Source of the DNA: Patescibacteria group bacterium
Lineage (GTDB): Bacteria > Patescibacteriota > Minisyncoccia > Phycocordibacterales > PALSA-1337
NCBI GenBank assembly: GCA_038064415.1
Contig: JBBTTD010000001.1
Span: forward strand, 13,738-77,737
Length of the DNA: 64,000 nt
Direction of reading: 5' to 3'
Of this stretch, positions 19,086 to 28,752 are shown one piece after another (the stretch's first letter is position 1; every line of letters starts with the position of its first letter). Below the pieces are notes generated by a model. It worked only from the letters and a program-made list of their open reading frames with translations. It made no database searches and was not told the DNA's origin. A program made the translations under genes and the position numbers.

Positions 19086-19565
19086 ATGTTTCAAAAATTC
19101 ATTCCAACAATAATATTTATCATTGTTGCGCTGATTTTTTCTGTGGTGATAACTATTATTTTTAGCGTTGGTCCAAACATCGTGATTGTGCCTAGTAATT
19201 CAACCAATTCAGTTATCCTAAATACGACCAACCCAAATCCAACGCCGACAACTATCACTACGCCAAAACTCACACCCACTTCTGCGCCTAAACCTAAACC
19301 CAAACCCGCCCCAACACCGGTTTCAGCTACCGACTCCTATACGCTCTCTCAAATAGCTCAACACGGCGATTCTAAAAGTTGTTGGACGACTGTGAATGGC
19401 GGGGTATACGACATAACTGCGTGGATTGATCAACATCCTGGAGGAGCGCAAGCAATATTGGGGATGTGTGGAATTGACGCAAGTTCTGCTTACAATGATC
19501 AACATGATGGTCAGCGTCGTCCAACTGACGAACTCGCGAGTTTTAAAATAGGTACGCTAAGATAA
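19086..19565 (+). CDS. Membrane-anchored cytochrome b5-like heme/steroid-binding protein
   Basis: TM, Pro/Thr linker, YT..IAQH..SCW..VYDIT.WI..HPGG..H. Confidence 0.88.
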   Translation: MFQKFIPTIIFIIVALIFSVVITIIFSVGPNIVIVPSNSTNSVILNTTNPNPTPTTITTPKLTPTSAPKPKPKPAPTPVSATDSYTLSQIAQHGDSKSCWTTVNGGVYDITAWIDQHPGGAQAILGMCGIDASSAYNDQHDGQRRPTDELASFKIGTLR

Positions 19566-19574
19566 CCAATCATT

Positions 19575-19964
19575 ATGCCCACAAAAATCACTTCAAAAGA
19601 AATTGCCCCAATAATTTTGCGCATAGCCATGTCATTAGTTTTTTTGTGGTTTGGTTCACAACAACTAATTCATCCTTCAAATTGGTTGAGCTTTGTGCCT
19701 GATTCAGTCGTGTCATTTTCACATCTTAGTGCCACCATTTTAGTTCATTTCAATGGAGCATTTGAGATAGTTTTCGGTTTGGCGTTGTTATTTGGATTTT
19801 TCACGAGAACATCGGCACTTTTATTAGGTCTTCATTTATTCAATATAACTTTAAGTTTAGGGCTTAGCGCCATCGCTGTCCGTGATTTTGGCCTATCTAT
19901 GGCCACTTTAGCTATCGTATTTTATGGAATGGACAGGTTTTGTCTGGATTATCGCATGAGTTGA
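19575..19964 (+). CDS. DoxX-family membrane protein
   Basis: LRIAMSLVFLWFG, GAFEIVFGLALLFGFFTR, RDFGL. Confidence 0.85.
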   Translation: MPTKITSKEIAPIILRIAMSLVFLWFGSQQLIHPSNWLSFVPDSVVSFSHLSATILVHFNGAFEIVFGLALLFGFFTRTSALLLGLHLFNITLSLGLSAIAVRDFGLSMATLAIVFYGMDRFCLDYRMS

Positions 19965-20077
19965 AAGGCCAGTGAACTTATTCATCAAGTAGCTATTTTT
20001 CAGAAGTGTGCTACAATTGCCCCACGAGAGAGCAAGTCGAGTTTTTTCGCAATAATAGTTTAAAATCAAAAAAGAAA

Positions 20078-20275
20078 ATGCAGGGTAAAATAAAGACTCT
20101 CACCGAAAAAGGATTTGGTTTCATTGCTCGCGAAGGCGAGGCAAAGGATCTCTTCTTTCACTCAAACGATTTGAGCGGTGTTTCTTTCAATGAACTTCAG
20201 GTTGGCGATATGGTCAGCTTTGAAATAGTCGAAGGACCAAAGGGGCCAAGTGCCAAGAATGTCGCCAAGATATAA
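20078..20275 (+). CDS. Cold-shock protein
   Basis: KGFGFI, DLFFH, GPKGPSAKNV. Confidence 0.95.
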   Translation: MQGKIKTLTEKGFGFIAREGEAKDLFFHSNDLSGVSFNELQVGDMVSFEIVEGPKGPSAKNVAKI

Positions 20276-20286
20276 ATCTTCGCTTC

Positions 20287-20330
20287 AAAAGAAAACCGCT
20301 CTAAGAGAAATCTCGGAGCGGTTTTCTTTT
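20287..20330 (+). terminator. Intrinsic terminator after the cold-shock gene
   Basis: AAAAGAAAACCGCTC..GAGCGGTTTTCTTTT. Confidence 0.85.
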
Positions 20331-20335
20331 AAAAT

Positions 20336-20378
20336 CAAGGTCGGACCTTGGGTGATTTGGAGCTAAGGTCCGACCTTG
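20336..20378. repeat. REPIN-like doublet of the AGGTCNGACCT palindrome
   Basis: CAAGGTCGGACCTTG-GGTGATTTGGAGCT-AAGGTCCGACCTTG; exact reverse complement of 50807-50849. Confidence 0.95.
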
Positions 20379-20416
20379 ATTTTACGAACTTCCTCCATAT
20401 TTGTTATACTATCTTC

Positions 20417-22582
20417 ATGATTCCAGACAAGTTTCTCAAGCCCTACGATCCTACCAGCACGGAAGACAGGATTTATGCCCTCTGGGAAAAGAGTGGCTTT
20501 TTCAATCCCGATAAATTGCCCGAGCGTAATAAAAAAGGCGAACCATTTTCCATAGTTTTGCCACCACCGAATGTCACTGGAGTTTTACATATGGGCTCGG
20601 CATTGATGCTTGCCATTGAGGATATTATGGTTCGCTACGCGCGAATGAAAGGGAAACAGACGCTTTGGATTCCTGGGACTGATCATGCCGCTATTGCCAC
20701 TCAAGCGGTTGTGGAAAAAGACATTCAAAGAAAAGAAGACAAATCTCGTCATGATCTCGGCAGGGAAGAAATGCTCCGACGTATTGGTACGCATGTTCAA
20801 ACTACCCATGACATTATTGTAAGTCAGATGCGTAAGATGGGCGCTTCAATTGATTGGTCTCGGGAAGCTTTCACTCTTGACGATAAGCGCAATCTGGCCG
20901 TTCGCACGGCTTTCAAAAAAATGTATGATGATGGTTTGATATACCGTGGTTATCGCGTAGTCAATTGGGATCCAAAAGGTCAGACTACTATTTCTGATGA
21001 TGAAATAGTGTACGAAACAAGAAAGACGAAACTTTACACCTTCAGGTACTCAAAAGATATACCTATTTCTATCTCCACGACGCGTCCGGAGACCAAATTG
21101 GGTGATACTGCTATCGCCGTAAATCCTGACGATCCGCGCTACAAAAAATATATCGGCGAGGAGTTTGACGCGGTCTTTGCTGGTGAACCGATTCACCTCA
21201 AAGTCATTGCCGATGCTTCAGTAGAATTAGAATTCGGCACCGGCGCTCTCGGTGTAACTCCCGCTCATTCAATTGCTGATTGGGAAATGGCCCAAAGGCA
21301 CAGTTTACCACTGAAACAAGTTATTAATGAATACGCAAAAATGACTGTTGGATTGGATGGCATAAAAGATAAAAAGACAACCGAAGCGCGCGAAGCCGTG
21401 GTTGACTGGCTCAAAAAAGAAGGTTTATTGGAGAAAGAAGAAGATATTGAACATAATATAAGTTTAGCGGAAAGAACGGGTGGAATCGTGGAACCATTGC
21501 CAAAATTGCAGTGGTTTGTGGCGGTTAATAGAGAATTCAAAAGAGAAGGGGTGACTTTCACATTAAAACAATTAATGACGCGTGTCGTTGAAACGGATCA
21601 AGTCCAATTCATTCCCGATCGTTTCAGAGATGTTTATCATCATTGGATCGGAAGTCTTCGTGATTGGTGTATTTCAAGGCAGATTTGGTATGGGCACAGG
21701 ATTCCAGTTTGGTACAAAAATCAGGAGATCTATGTCGGAGTTGAAGCGCCAAAAGGAAATGATTGGATCCAAGATGAAGACACTCTTGATACATGGTTTT
21801 CATCTGGTCTTTGGACTTTCTCAACTCTTGGTTGGCCAGACGAAAAAGAATTTAACATCAATCGCAAGTATCACCCAACCACTATTTTAGAAACTGGTTC
21901 TGATATTATCTTTTTTTGGGTAGCGCGCATGATTCTGATGAGTACTTATTTATTAGACGAAGTCCCGTTCAAGACGGTATATCTTCATGGTCTAGTTCGT
22001 GATGGTAAAGGTAGGAAAATAAGTAAGTCGCTCGGTAATAACATAGACCCTCTTGAAATGATCATTAAATATGGAGCTGACGCGGTGCGCATGGCACTTA
22101 TTGTAGCCGTCGGTCCTGGTAATGACAGTAAGGTTGATGAGCAGAAGATTAAGGCATATAAATTATTTAGTAACAAAATTTGGAATATTGCCAGATTTAT
22201 TTTGAGTGCAACCGAGAATGTCAAATATTCAGCTGAATTTTCAGAGTGGAGCGATACTGATAAGAAACACATTGAGGTCTTGAATGATTTGATTAAAGAG
22301 ATTACTTCCGAAATGGATGAATACAAGTTTTATTTAGTTGGCGAAAAGCTTTATCACTATGTCTGGCATGAATTTGCCGATAAAATCATTGAGGAAAGTA
22401 AGTCAATAATTGACGGCACTGACGAAAAAGTCAAAAATTCCCGTATTCAATTTTTGTTTTACGCTTTACGCGCGATCCTTAGACTACTTCATCCATTTAT
22501 GCCATTTGTGACAGAGGAGATTTGGCGGGAAGTGGGGAAGAGTAAATCATTATTGATGGTAGAGGAGTGGCCGAGATATTAA
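20417..22582 (+). CDS. valS: Valine--tRNA ligase (no C-terminal coiled coil)
   Basis: PPPNVTGVLHMG, GTDHAAIATQ, TTRPET, DWCISRQIWYGH, DTWFSS, KISKS. Confidence 0.97.
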   Translation: MIPDKFLKPYDPTSTEDRIYALWEKSGFFNPDKLPERNKKGEPFSIVLPPPNVTGVLHMGSALMLAIEDIMVRYARMKGKQTLWIPGTDHAAIATQAVVEKDIQRKEDKSRHDLGREEMLRRIGTHVQTTHDIIVSQMRKMGASIDWSREAFTLDDKRNLAVRTAFKKMYDDGLIYRGYRVVNWDPKGQTTISDDEIVYETRKTKLYTFRYSKDIPISISTTRPETKLGDTAIAVNPDDPRYKKYIGEEFDAVFAGEPIHLKVIADASVELEFGTGALGVTPAHSIADWEMAQRHSLPLKQVINEYAKMTVGLDGIKDKKTTEAREAVVDWLKKEGLLEKEEDIEHNISLAERTGGIVEPLPKLQWFVAVNREFKREGVTFTLKQLMTRVVETDQVQFIPDRFRDVYHHWIGSLRDWCISRQIWYGHRIPVWYKNQEIYVGVEAPKGNDWIQDEDTLDTWFSSGLWTFSTLGWPDEKEFNINRKYHPTTILETGSDIIFFWVARMILMSTYLLDEVPFKTVYLHGLVRDGKGRKISKSLGNNIDPLEMIIKYGADAVRMALIVAVGPGNDSKVDEQKIKAYKLFSNKIWNIARFILSATENVKYSAEFSEWSDTDKKHIEVLNDLIKEITSEMDEYKFYLVGEKLYHYVWHEFADKIIEESKSIIDGTDEKVKNSRIQFLFYALRAILRLLHPFMPFVTEEIWREVGKSKSLLMVEEWPRY

Positions 22583-22663
22583 TGTGAAGGTCAGGCCTTC
22601 ACTTAAGCTATCCACAGTCTAACTATGCTTAACTTATATAATTATGTTGTATAATTAGACCAT

Positions 22664-22978
22664 ATGGAAAGCTATCTAAAAGAGAATCCTCATCACAGAG
22701 CGCCATTTATTATAATTTTAATATGTATTGTCACTGTTTCGTTAGTTTACACAATTGCGGTTATTTGGGGACCGAGTGATCGATTATCAACATCAACAAA
22801 ATTAACATCTGAAAATAGTATTGAAGTTCAAATGGCAGAAAAATTACGCAATTCACAACCTGCTTCAGCGGCAGATCTGAATAGTATGCGCGCAGAGTTA
22901 TCAAATGCAAAACCAGCTACTTCTGCGGATTTGAAGAAAATGGCTGATCAATTGAAACAAGTTGAAACGAATATTTAG
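22664..22978 (+). CDS. Hypothetical bitopic membrane protein
   Basis: N-terminal TM, internal repeat PASAADL/PATSADL; TATAAT shortly upstream. Confidence 0.7.
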   Translation: MESYLKENPHHRAPFIIILICIVTVSLVYTIAVIWGPSDRLSTSTKLTSENSIEVQMAEKLRNSQPASAADLNSMRAELSNAKPATSADLKKMADQLKQVETNI

Positions 22979-23018
22979 ATTATTTACAAAATTATTTTAT
23001 TAATATTATATTTATATT

Positions 23019-23810
23019 ATGAAAAAAACATCTCTTATCACTAGAATAGCTGCTATCACAGGCCTAATGCTTGGAGCATTTGCTTTAGCAGTTACCGCGG
23101 GAACATGGACCGCTCCAACATGTTCTCCTCCAGATTGTAATGTGGACGCGCCGATAAATGTTGGAGTTAGTGCGCAGACAAAACTTGGGGCACTTGGACT
23201 TGCACCTGGGAATCTTATTATTTGGGATGGAAGTACCAATGTTCCTGCTGGATCAGTATTGGTTGCAGATGGTACTGGACATGGTGGAGCTATTTGGGGA
23301 AGTGCAGGTGCCGGTGGAAGTGGGAACGGAATACCAAATAACATTGTTGTGATCAATTCAAATCAAAATTGGACAGTACCGGCTGGTGTGACTAAAGTGA
23401 GAATTCGTGCCTGGGGTGGCGGCGGCGGCGGATTTTGTGGCGGTGGAGGTAATACCGGAGCAGCGGGTGGAGACAGTGGATATGCGGAGAAACTTTTATC
23501 TGTACAGGTAGGTGATGTTATAAATTTTACGATTGGCGACGGAGGTAGTGCAGGAATTAGAACATCTAGTGACTGTGGGGCTGGGCATCCTGCTCCAGGT
23601 CCTGGTTATAACACTACTGCTACATATAATAGTGTTGTTATCATTAATGCAGGGGGAGGTCTTCCGGCTCTTAGTGGTAGTGGTGGACCGAGAGGTCGTG
23701 GCACGAGTACTGTCGGCGATGTTTTAACATATGGAACTGGAGGTTTGGGTGGATTAAATGATTTTAATGGTAATCCTGGTTCAAAGGGTGCTATCGTTAT
23801 TGAATATTAA
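23019..23810 (+). CDS. Secreted glycine-rich surface protein
   Basis: Signal peptide, WTAP..PP..NVDAPINVG motif, WTVPAGVTKVRIRAWGGGGGG glycine-rich domain, ends GAIVIEY. Confidence 0.8.
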   Translation: MKKTSLITRIAAITGLMLGAFALAVTAGTWTAPTCSPPDCNVDAPINVGVSAQTKLGALGLAPGNLIIWDGSTNVPAGSVLVADGTGHGGAIWGSAGAGGSGNGIPNNIVVINSNQNWTVPAGVTKVRIRAWGGGGGGFCGGGGNTGAAGGDSGYAEKLLSVQVGDVINFTIGDGGSAGIRTSSDCGAGHPAPGPGYNTTATYNSVVIINAGGGLPALSGSGGPRGRGTSTVGDVLTYGTGGLGGLNDFNGNPGSKGAIVIEY

Positions 23811-23828
23811 TATTTTCTATCAAAACTG

Positions 23829-25004
23829 ATGAAAATTAAAACTTTATTTATCGTATTGTTTTTTCTCCTAAGTTTCGTTTTTGTAGTTCACGCGGCTGGC
23901 AATCTTTATAGCATAAGCGGTTGGGCGTGGTCATCAAATATTGGCTGGATAAGCGCAAAAGCGTCGCAACCTGAATCTGGCGGTGGAAGTTATGGATTAT
24001 TGTTGGCAACAAAAACAAATGGTACTATTGGCACATTTATTGGGTATACTTGGTCATCAAATATTGGTTGGATCAGTTTCAATACAGGAATAGATGATTG
24101 TCCGACTACTGATTCTTGGGATTCTGCGAACGCTATCAATGGTTGTATCCCATCTGTTGATCTAATTAGCGGTAAAGTTACCGGCTGGGTCCAAGCCATG
24201 TCTGGCGCTGGAAGGACAGATGGCTGGGATGGTTGGATTCAGCTTGCTGGGACCAATCATACTTCTCCAAATCTTGCGGGTACTGGAGGGATTACTTATG
24301 ACAAAGTCGCTGGAAAATTCAAAGGATATGCTTGGGGAGATACAAATGTCGGGTGGATTAATTTTGATTCTGGTGTAGTCGGAGTAACACCCGTCACTTG
24401 TAATGGATGTCCCGGCACGACACCAAACCCAACCGTTGACATCTCCGCCAATCCAACCTCGGTTACATCTGGTGGAAGCTCAAATATCTCATGGACTTCA
24501 ACTAATGCTACCGCTTGTGACGTTACCAGAGCGGGATCTCCTTGGAGGACTGGTACATCGGGTACCAATGTCTCTTCTGGAGCACTTACAGCTAATACTA
24601 CATTTATTGCTACTTGTACCGGAGCAATTGGAACGACCCCTGCCAGTGACACTGTGACTGTCAATTCTGTAGCTAGTCTCTCCCTCTTTATTGGTCGTGC
24701 TTCTGATACACCCGCAAATGTAAATAAACCAACTTTGCCGATTACCCAAGGCGATGGTTTCAAACTAAAGTGGACAAATGGATCTGCTACGCCAAGTGAT
24801 TGTCTTGCAACTGTTAATAATTCGGCGTCTTTCACGGGATTTAATAATGTCGCTATACAAACAGATGACATCATTACAGTACAAGGTTCAGAGACAAGCG
24901 CCTTATCAGGAACATATACTCTTACGATAAGTTGTCTAGATACCAATCCACTTAATGCTTCCGTTACCCTACAAGTCGGTAGTTCCGTGGAAGTTCCATT
25001 TTAA
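23829..25004 (+). CDS. Secreted protein with G-W/Y-A-W-S-S-N-I-G-W-I repeats and Ig-like C-terminal domains
   Basis: Signal peptide; GWAWSSNIGWIS, GYTWSSNIGWIS, GYAWGDTNVGWIN; ISANPTSV..SWTSTNATAC..TFIATC. Confidence 0.8.
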   Translation: MKIKTLFIVLFFLLSFVFVVHAAGNLYSISGWAWSSNIGWISAKASQPESGGGSYGLLLATKTNGTIGTFIGYTWSSNIGWISFNTGIDDCPTTDSWDSANAINGCIPSVDLISGKVTGWVQAMSGAGRTDGWDGWIQLAGTNHTSPNLAGTGGITYDKVAGKFKGYAWGDTNVGWINFDSGVVGVTPVTCNGCPGTTPNPTVDISANPTSVTSGGSSNISWTSTNATACDVTRAGSPWRTGTSGTNVSSGALTANTTFIATCTGAIGTTPASDTVTVNSVASLSLFIGRASDTPANVNKPTLPITQGDGFKLKWTNGSATPSDCLATVNNSASFTGFNNVAIQTDDIITVQGSETSALSGTYTLTISCLDTNPLNASVTLQVGSSVEVPF

Positions 25005-25480
25005 AGATTTTTCTTGGCGTTTTCTAAAGACTCCTGTTCTTCTCCTGATAATTCATATTCAGAACAGTATTTTTTTACTGGCTTGGAGAAGACATTGACA
25101 TGATCTCGTGAATAAATACTAGAAATAATCACGCCGTCACCTTCTTCATTGAGTAGGGTAGTGGCAAAGCTTTGGTTACCTCCTCCGCCCGTGCCTTTGA
25201 ATGGATTGAAACGAATCGTGTGGATTGATTGAACACTTTTACGAAGTCGCTTCTCTACTTCGGTTAAATAAATCTCAAGATCGTTTCTGAATTTTTCTAA
25301 CTCTTTCAGACTGCCTGACATATGAGTTAATGAGTCGGCGATATTTTTTGCTTCAATATGCACTAAAAATCTGCGCATTTTGAAATACATTGATATTATT
25401 AAGATCAACAAAATTATTGTCGCGATCGCGAGTAGGATTAGACCGATTAAAAGTGGATCAAAATTATTGAAAGATGTCAT
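25001..25480 (-). CDS. DUF4446-family membrane protein
   Basis: TM, coiled coil, RFNPF..GGNQSF..LL..GDGVIISSIYSR, LSGEE. Confidence 0.8.
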   Translation of the reverse strand: MTSFNNFDPLLIGLILLAIATIILLILIISMYFKMRRFLVHIEAKNIADSLTHMSGSLKELEKFRNDLEIYLTEVEKRLRKSVQSIHTIRFNPFKGTGGGGNQSFATTLLNEEGDGVIISSIYSRDHVNVFSKPVKKYCSEYELSGEEQESLENAKKNL

Positions 25481-25538
25481 TCGATTATTATACTCTATCT
25501 TGCAATATTTACGCCAATGGTATAAATTAAGTGAAGGT

Positions 25539-25742
25539 ATGAATGAGATCCTTGTCGGTGTTGTAAGCATGCTTCTTTTTTTAGGAGCCGTGTACGCACT
25601 CTGGGTTTACTTCAGAGATGAGTCCGTTTCCATTTTCTGGTCAGAACCTACGTCGTTTGTAATTCAAATGACGCAGTCTTTACTCCAGGAAAACAAGCAT
25701 GTGGCTAAGGTCCACATTCGGAAACAATGGTGTAGTCTATAA
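25539..25742 (+). CDS. Small hypothetical membrane protein
   Basis: MNEILVGVVSMLLFLGAVYALWVYF TM; followed by hairpin GTCACTGC/GCAGTGAC plus T-run. Confidence 0.5.
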   Translation: MNEILVGVVSMLLFLGAVYALWVYFRDESVSIFWSEPTSFVIQMTQSLLQENKHVAKVHIRKQWCSL

Positions 25743-25824
25743 AACTAGACAGGGTCACTGCCCGCCTGTGCAGTGACTCCTTTTTCTTGGTTTATTATGA
25801 CTATTTATGATAGATTCATGCTAT

Positions 25825-27054
25825 ATGTTCAGACGAAGAATATACCTAGATTATGCTTCATTGACTCCAATTGATCCTCAAGTCATTCGTGAGGTTAATA
25901 AGTATTCATCCATAACATACACCAATCCATCCTCTTTATATTTTGAGGGTGTTTCTGCTAAAAAAGCTTTAATTCAAGGCCGAAAAATTGTCGCTGATTT
26001 TATCAATGCTCATTCAGATGAGATTGTCTTTACTAGCGGCGGGACAGAAGCCAATAATTTAGCCTTGAATGGAGTAATTCAATCAGCGCGCGCTAATGGT
26101 ATAGAAAAACCTCATATTATTATTTCTTCCATTGAACATTCTTCTATTATTGAGACAGTTAATATATTGGAAAAACAAGGCTGTGAAGTTACGAGGTTGT
26201 CCGTAAATCATTCCGGAATTGTTTCTTTGGATGAATTGAGAAAATCTATTAAAGCGAATACGGTCTTAGTTTCCATAATGACGGTTAATAATGAAGTTGG
26301 AACGATTCAGCCGATTCGAGAGATTGCGAAAATTGTTAGACGAGCAAGATTGAAGTCAGACGAGCCCGCAGGTGGCGACAGTTCTCCCGACTTGAGCGAA
26401 GCGAAACGAAGGGAGAATCCTGTCGCGCCGAGAGGGCGAATGAATAATGTTTATCCGCTTTTTCACACTGATTCCGCGCAAGCGGCAATTTATCAAGATT
26501 TGAATGTAGAAAAACTTGGCGTTGACTTACTTACTCTTGATGGGAGCAAAGCATATGGTCCGCGTGGTATTGGATGTTTATATATAAGGAGAAATACACC
26601 AATTAATCCGATTATCTATGGCGGAGGTCAAGAATTCGGCATGAGGTCTGGCACAGAAAATCTTCCCGCGATTATGGGATTCGCGAAGGCGCTTCAAATC
26701 GCAAAGATTCAGGTTTTAAGATTCAGAATTCAAGAATTGAAAGATATGATGATATCTGGGTTAAAAGCAATTTATCCGAATATTGTTGTTAATGGCGGTG
26801 GGGAAGTCTCGCCACATGTTCTCAATGTTTCTATTCCCGGTATTGATAATGAATTTTTTGTTCTACAATTAGACGCCAAGGGGGTTGCTTGCTCAACTAA
26901 AAGTTCTTGTCTGCGCGATGAAGATGAGTCGTATGTCTTAAAGGCGATGGGTATAGACAGTAAAATTTCCGTTAGATTTTCATTTGGCAAGTGGACAAAA
27001 AAGAGGGAAATTGGGAGGGCATTAAAAGTTATTAAAAACCTTGCAATTCACTAA
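25825..27054 (+). CDS. iscS: Cysteine desulfurase (IscS/NifS type)
   Basis: IYLDYASLTP, FTSGGTEAN, HTDSAQA, GSKAYGPRG (PLP Lys), RSGTEN, STKSSC. Confidence 0.93.
   Translation: MFRRRIYLDYASLTPIDPQVIREVNKYSSITYTNPSSLYFEGVSAKKALIQGRKIVADFINAHSDEIVFTSGGTEANNLALNGVIQSARANGIEKPHIIISSIEHSSIIETVNILEKQGCEVTRLSVNHSGIVSLDELRKSIKANTVLVSIMTVNNEVGTIQPIREIAKIVRRARLKSDEPAGGDSSPDLSEAKRRENPVAPRGRMNNVYPLFHTDSAQAAIYQDLNVEKLGVDLLTLDGSKAYGPRGIGCLYIRRNTPINPIIYGGGQEFGMRSGTENLPAIMGFAKALQIAKIQVLRFRIQELKDMMISGLKAIYPNIVVNGGGEVSPHVLNVSIPGIDNEFFVLQLDAKGVACSTKSSCLRDEDESYVLKAMGIDSKISVRFSFGKWTKKREIGRALKVIKNLAIH
26364..26437. repeat. GC-rich hairpin element in-frame in iscS
   Basis: GCCC..GCGACAG-TTCTCCC..GAGCGAAGCGAA..GGGAGAA..CTGTCGC..GGGC; encodes extra PAGGDSSPDLSEAKRRENPVAPRG. 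Confidence 0.75.
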
Positions 27055-27077
27055 TTCCTCTGCTATTATACTTTCTC

Positions 27078-27467
27078 ATGTTGATGATTAGATTACAGCG
27101 TACGGGCCGAAAACACGAACCAACATTTCGTGTTGTTTTGACTGATTCCAAAAATGGTCCCAAAAGCGGCAAATATCTTAAAAATTTGGGCTGGTACGAT
27201 ACACGCATTAAGAACAAGATTGAGCAGATTGACACTGAAGCCATCAAAAATTGGATATCCAAAGGAGCTAAACTTTCTCTAACGCTCCATAACTATCTGG
27301 TAGGGCAAAAAATAATTGAAGGTAAGAAACTAAACGCGTTACCAAGACATACTCCGATCAAGAAAGTTGAGGAAGTAAAGAAGGAAGAAGCAAAATCTGT
27401 TGAAGCCCCTGTCCCAACTCCAGTAAAGGATGCCACTCCAATTGGATCAGCTCCTGCGACAGTTTAA
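27078..27467 (+). CDS. rpsP: 30S ribosomal protein S16
   Basis: MLMIRLQRTGRK..FRVV, WISKGA. Confidence 0.95.
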   Translation: MLMIRLQRTGRKHEPTFRVVLTDSKNGPKSGKYLKNLGWYDTRIKNKIEQIDTEAIKNWISKGAKLSLTLHNYLVGQKIIEGKKLNALPRHTPIKKVEEVKKEEAKSVEAPVPTPVKDATPIGSAPATV

Positions 27468-27580
27468 TAATTTAAGTATATGTTAAATTGAATCCTAAGT
27501 GCTTTGCACCTTAATTTGTATTTGTTATACTATTTCCAGTACAGCAGTCATCTGTACGATTAAGAATTAATTTTACGATT

Positions 27581-27931
27581 ATGCAGAAAGATCAAGAATT
27601 TTTGGAGTATGTCATCAAGGCATTAGTAGACGCTCCAGAGCAAGTTAAAGTTACTCGCACCGTAGATGAGATGGGAGTCCTTCTCACTCTTGAAGTCGGC
27701 GCGGTAGATATGGGAAAGATTATTGGTCGTCAAGGAAATACAGCCAAAGCGATTCGGACATTGCTTCGAGTCGTTGGTATGAAGAATAATAGTCGCGTCA
27801 ATTTAAAGATCAATGAACCAGTTGGCGGTCTCAAATCTCCGGAGCGCATGGCTAGTGGAACAGTCACTCCTCCGGTAACGCCAAATTCTAAAACAGTTGA
27901 CGAGGCGATGGCGGATTTGAAATTGGGATAA
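27581..27931 (+). CDS. khpA: KH-domain RNA-binding protein KhpA
   Basis: DMGKIIGRQGNTAKAIRTLL; rpsP-khpA-trmD synteny. Confidence 0.9.
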   Translation: MQKDQEFLEYVIKALVDAPEQVKVTRTVDEMGVLLTLEVGAVDMGKIIGRQGNTAKAIRTLLRVVGMKNNSRVNLKINEPVGGLKSPERMASGTVTPPVTPNSKTVDEAMADLKLG

Positions 27932-27949
27932 ATCAATAAATATAGCCAA

Positions 27950-27994
27950 AATCAAAAAATCGTGGTAAAGTCAACTTATCACGATTTTTTGATT
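27950..27994. terminator. 19-bp hairpin ending 2 nt before the trmD ATG
   Basis: AATCAAAAAATCGTGGTAA..TTATCACGATTTTTTGATT. Confidence 0.65.
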
Positions 27995-27996
27995 AT

Positions 27997-28752
27997 ATGA
28001 TCACATTTCATCTTATAACTCTTTTTCCCGAAAGCACCGAGTCATATCTCAATGCCTCTATTTTGAAACGGGCTCAAGAAAGGGGACTGATTAAAATAAA
28101 GTATTACAACCCACGTGATTTCACTGTTTCATCAAAAAGAGGAAAGAAACAGACATATTCCGATAGAAGAGTGGATAACAAGCCATACGGTGGTGGACCA
28201 GGGATGGTTATTGAAGCGATGCCAGTGATAAAGGCAATTGAATTGGCGATGAAAAAAATCCAAAATCCAAAATCTGAAATTCGACTCAAATCAAAAAATA
28301 TAAATAAGAAATCCAGAAAAACCACCACGATAGTTTTTTTTAGTCCATCTGGAAAACAATTTACTAATAAACTCGCAGACGTATATAAAAAATACCCGGA
28401 TATTATTTTTGTTTGTGGTCGTTATGAAGGAATTGACGCTAGAGTCAAGAAAGCATTTCCAATGGTGGATATATCAATTGGTCCATATGTTTTGACTGGC
28501 GGGGAATTACCTGCAATGATTATGGTAGATGCTATTACTCGCAGGATTCCGGGTGTCCTTGGTGATCAACTTTCTGTTGAGGAAAAACGAATCGCAAGTT
28601 CAGATGTTTATACTAGGCCAGGAGTGATTGAATATAAAAATAAAAAATTAAATGTACCGAAAGTACTATTAAGCGGTCATCATGCCAAGATGAACCAGTG
28701 GAAAGCGTCAAAGAATAATAAGAAAAAATTGATCACATTGATTTCGGAGTGA
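27997..28752 (+). CDS. trmD: tRNA (guanine-N1)-methyltransferase
   Basis: TLFPE, PYGGGPGMV, CGRYEGIDARV, SIGPYVLTGGE, VPKVLLSGHH. Confidence 0.97.
   Translation: MITFHLITLFPESTESYLNASILKRAQERGLIKIKYYNPRDFTVSSKRGKKQTYSDRRVDNKPYGGGPGMVIEAMPVIKAIELAMKKIQNPKSEIRLKSKNINKKSRKTTTIVFFSPSGKQFTNKLADVYKKYPDIIFVCGRYEGIDARVKKAFPMVDISIGPYVLTGGELPAMIMVDAITRRIPGVLGDQLSVEEKRIASSDVYTRPGVIEYKNKKLNVPKVLLSGHHAKMNQWKASKNNKKKLITLISE

Noticed and set aside
19086-19964. Cytochrome b5-like plus DoxX pair as a novel redox system
   Set aside because: Both are common families, and adjacency alone gives no evidence of a new system.
20417-22582. Pseudogene status for the short ValRS, UvrC and AlaRS
   Set aside because: Catalytic motifs are intact and stops are clean; C-terminal domain loss fits streamlining in this lineage.
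24296-24946. 216-aa minus-strand ORF and other antisense ORFs in the track
   Set aside because: Shadows of well-supported genes on the opposite strand.
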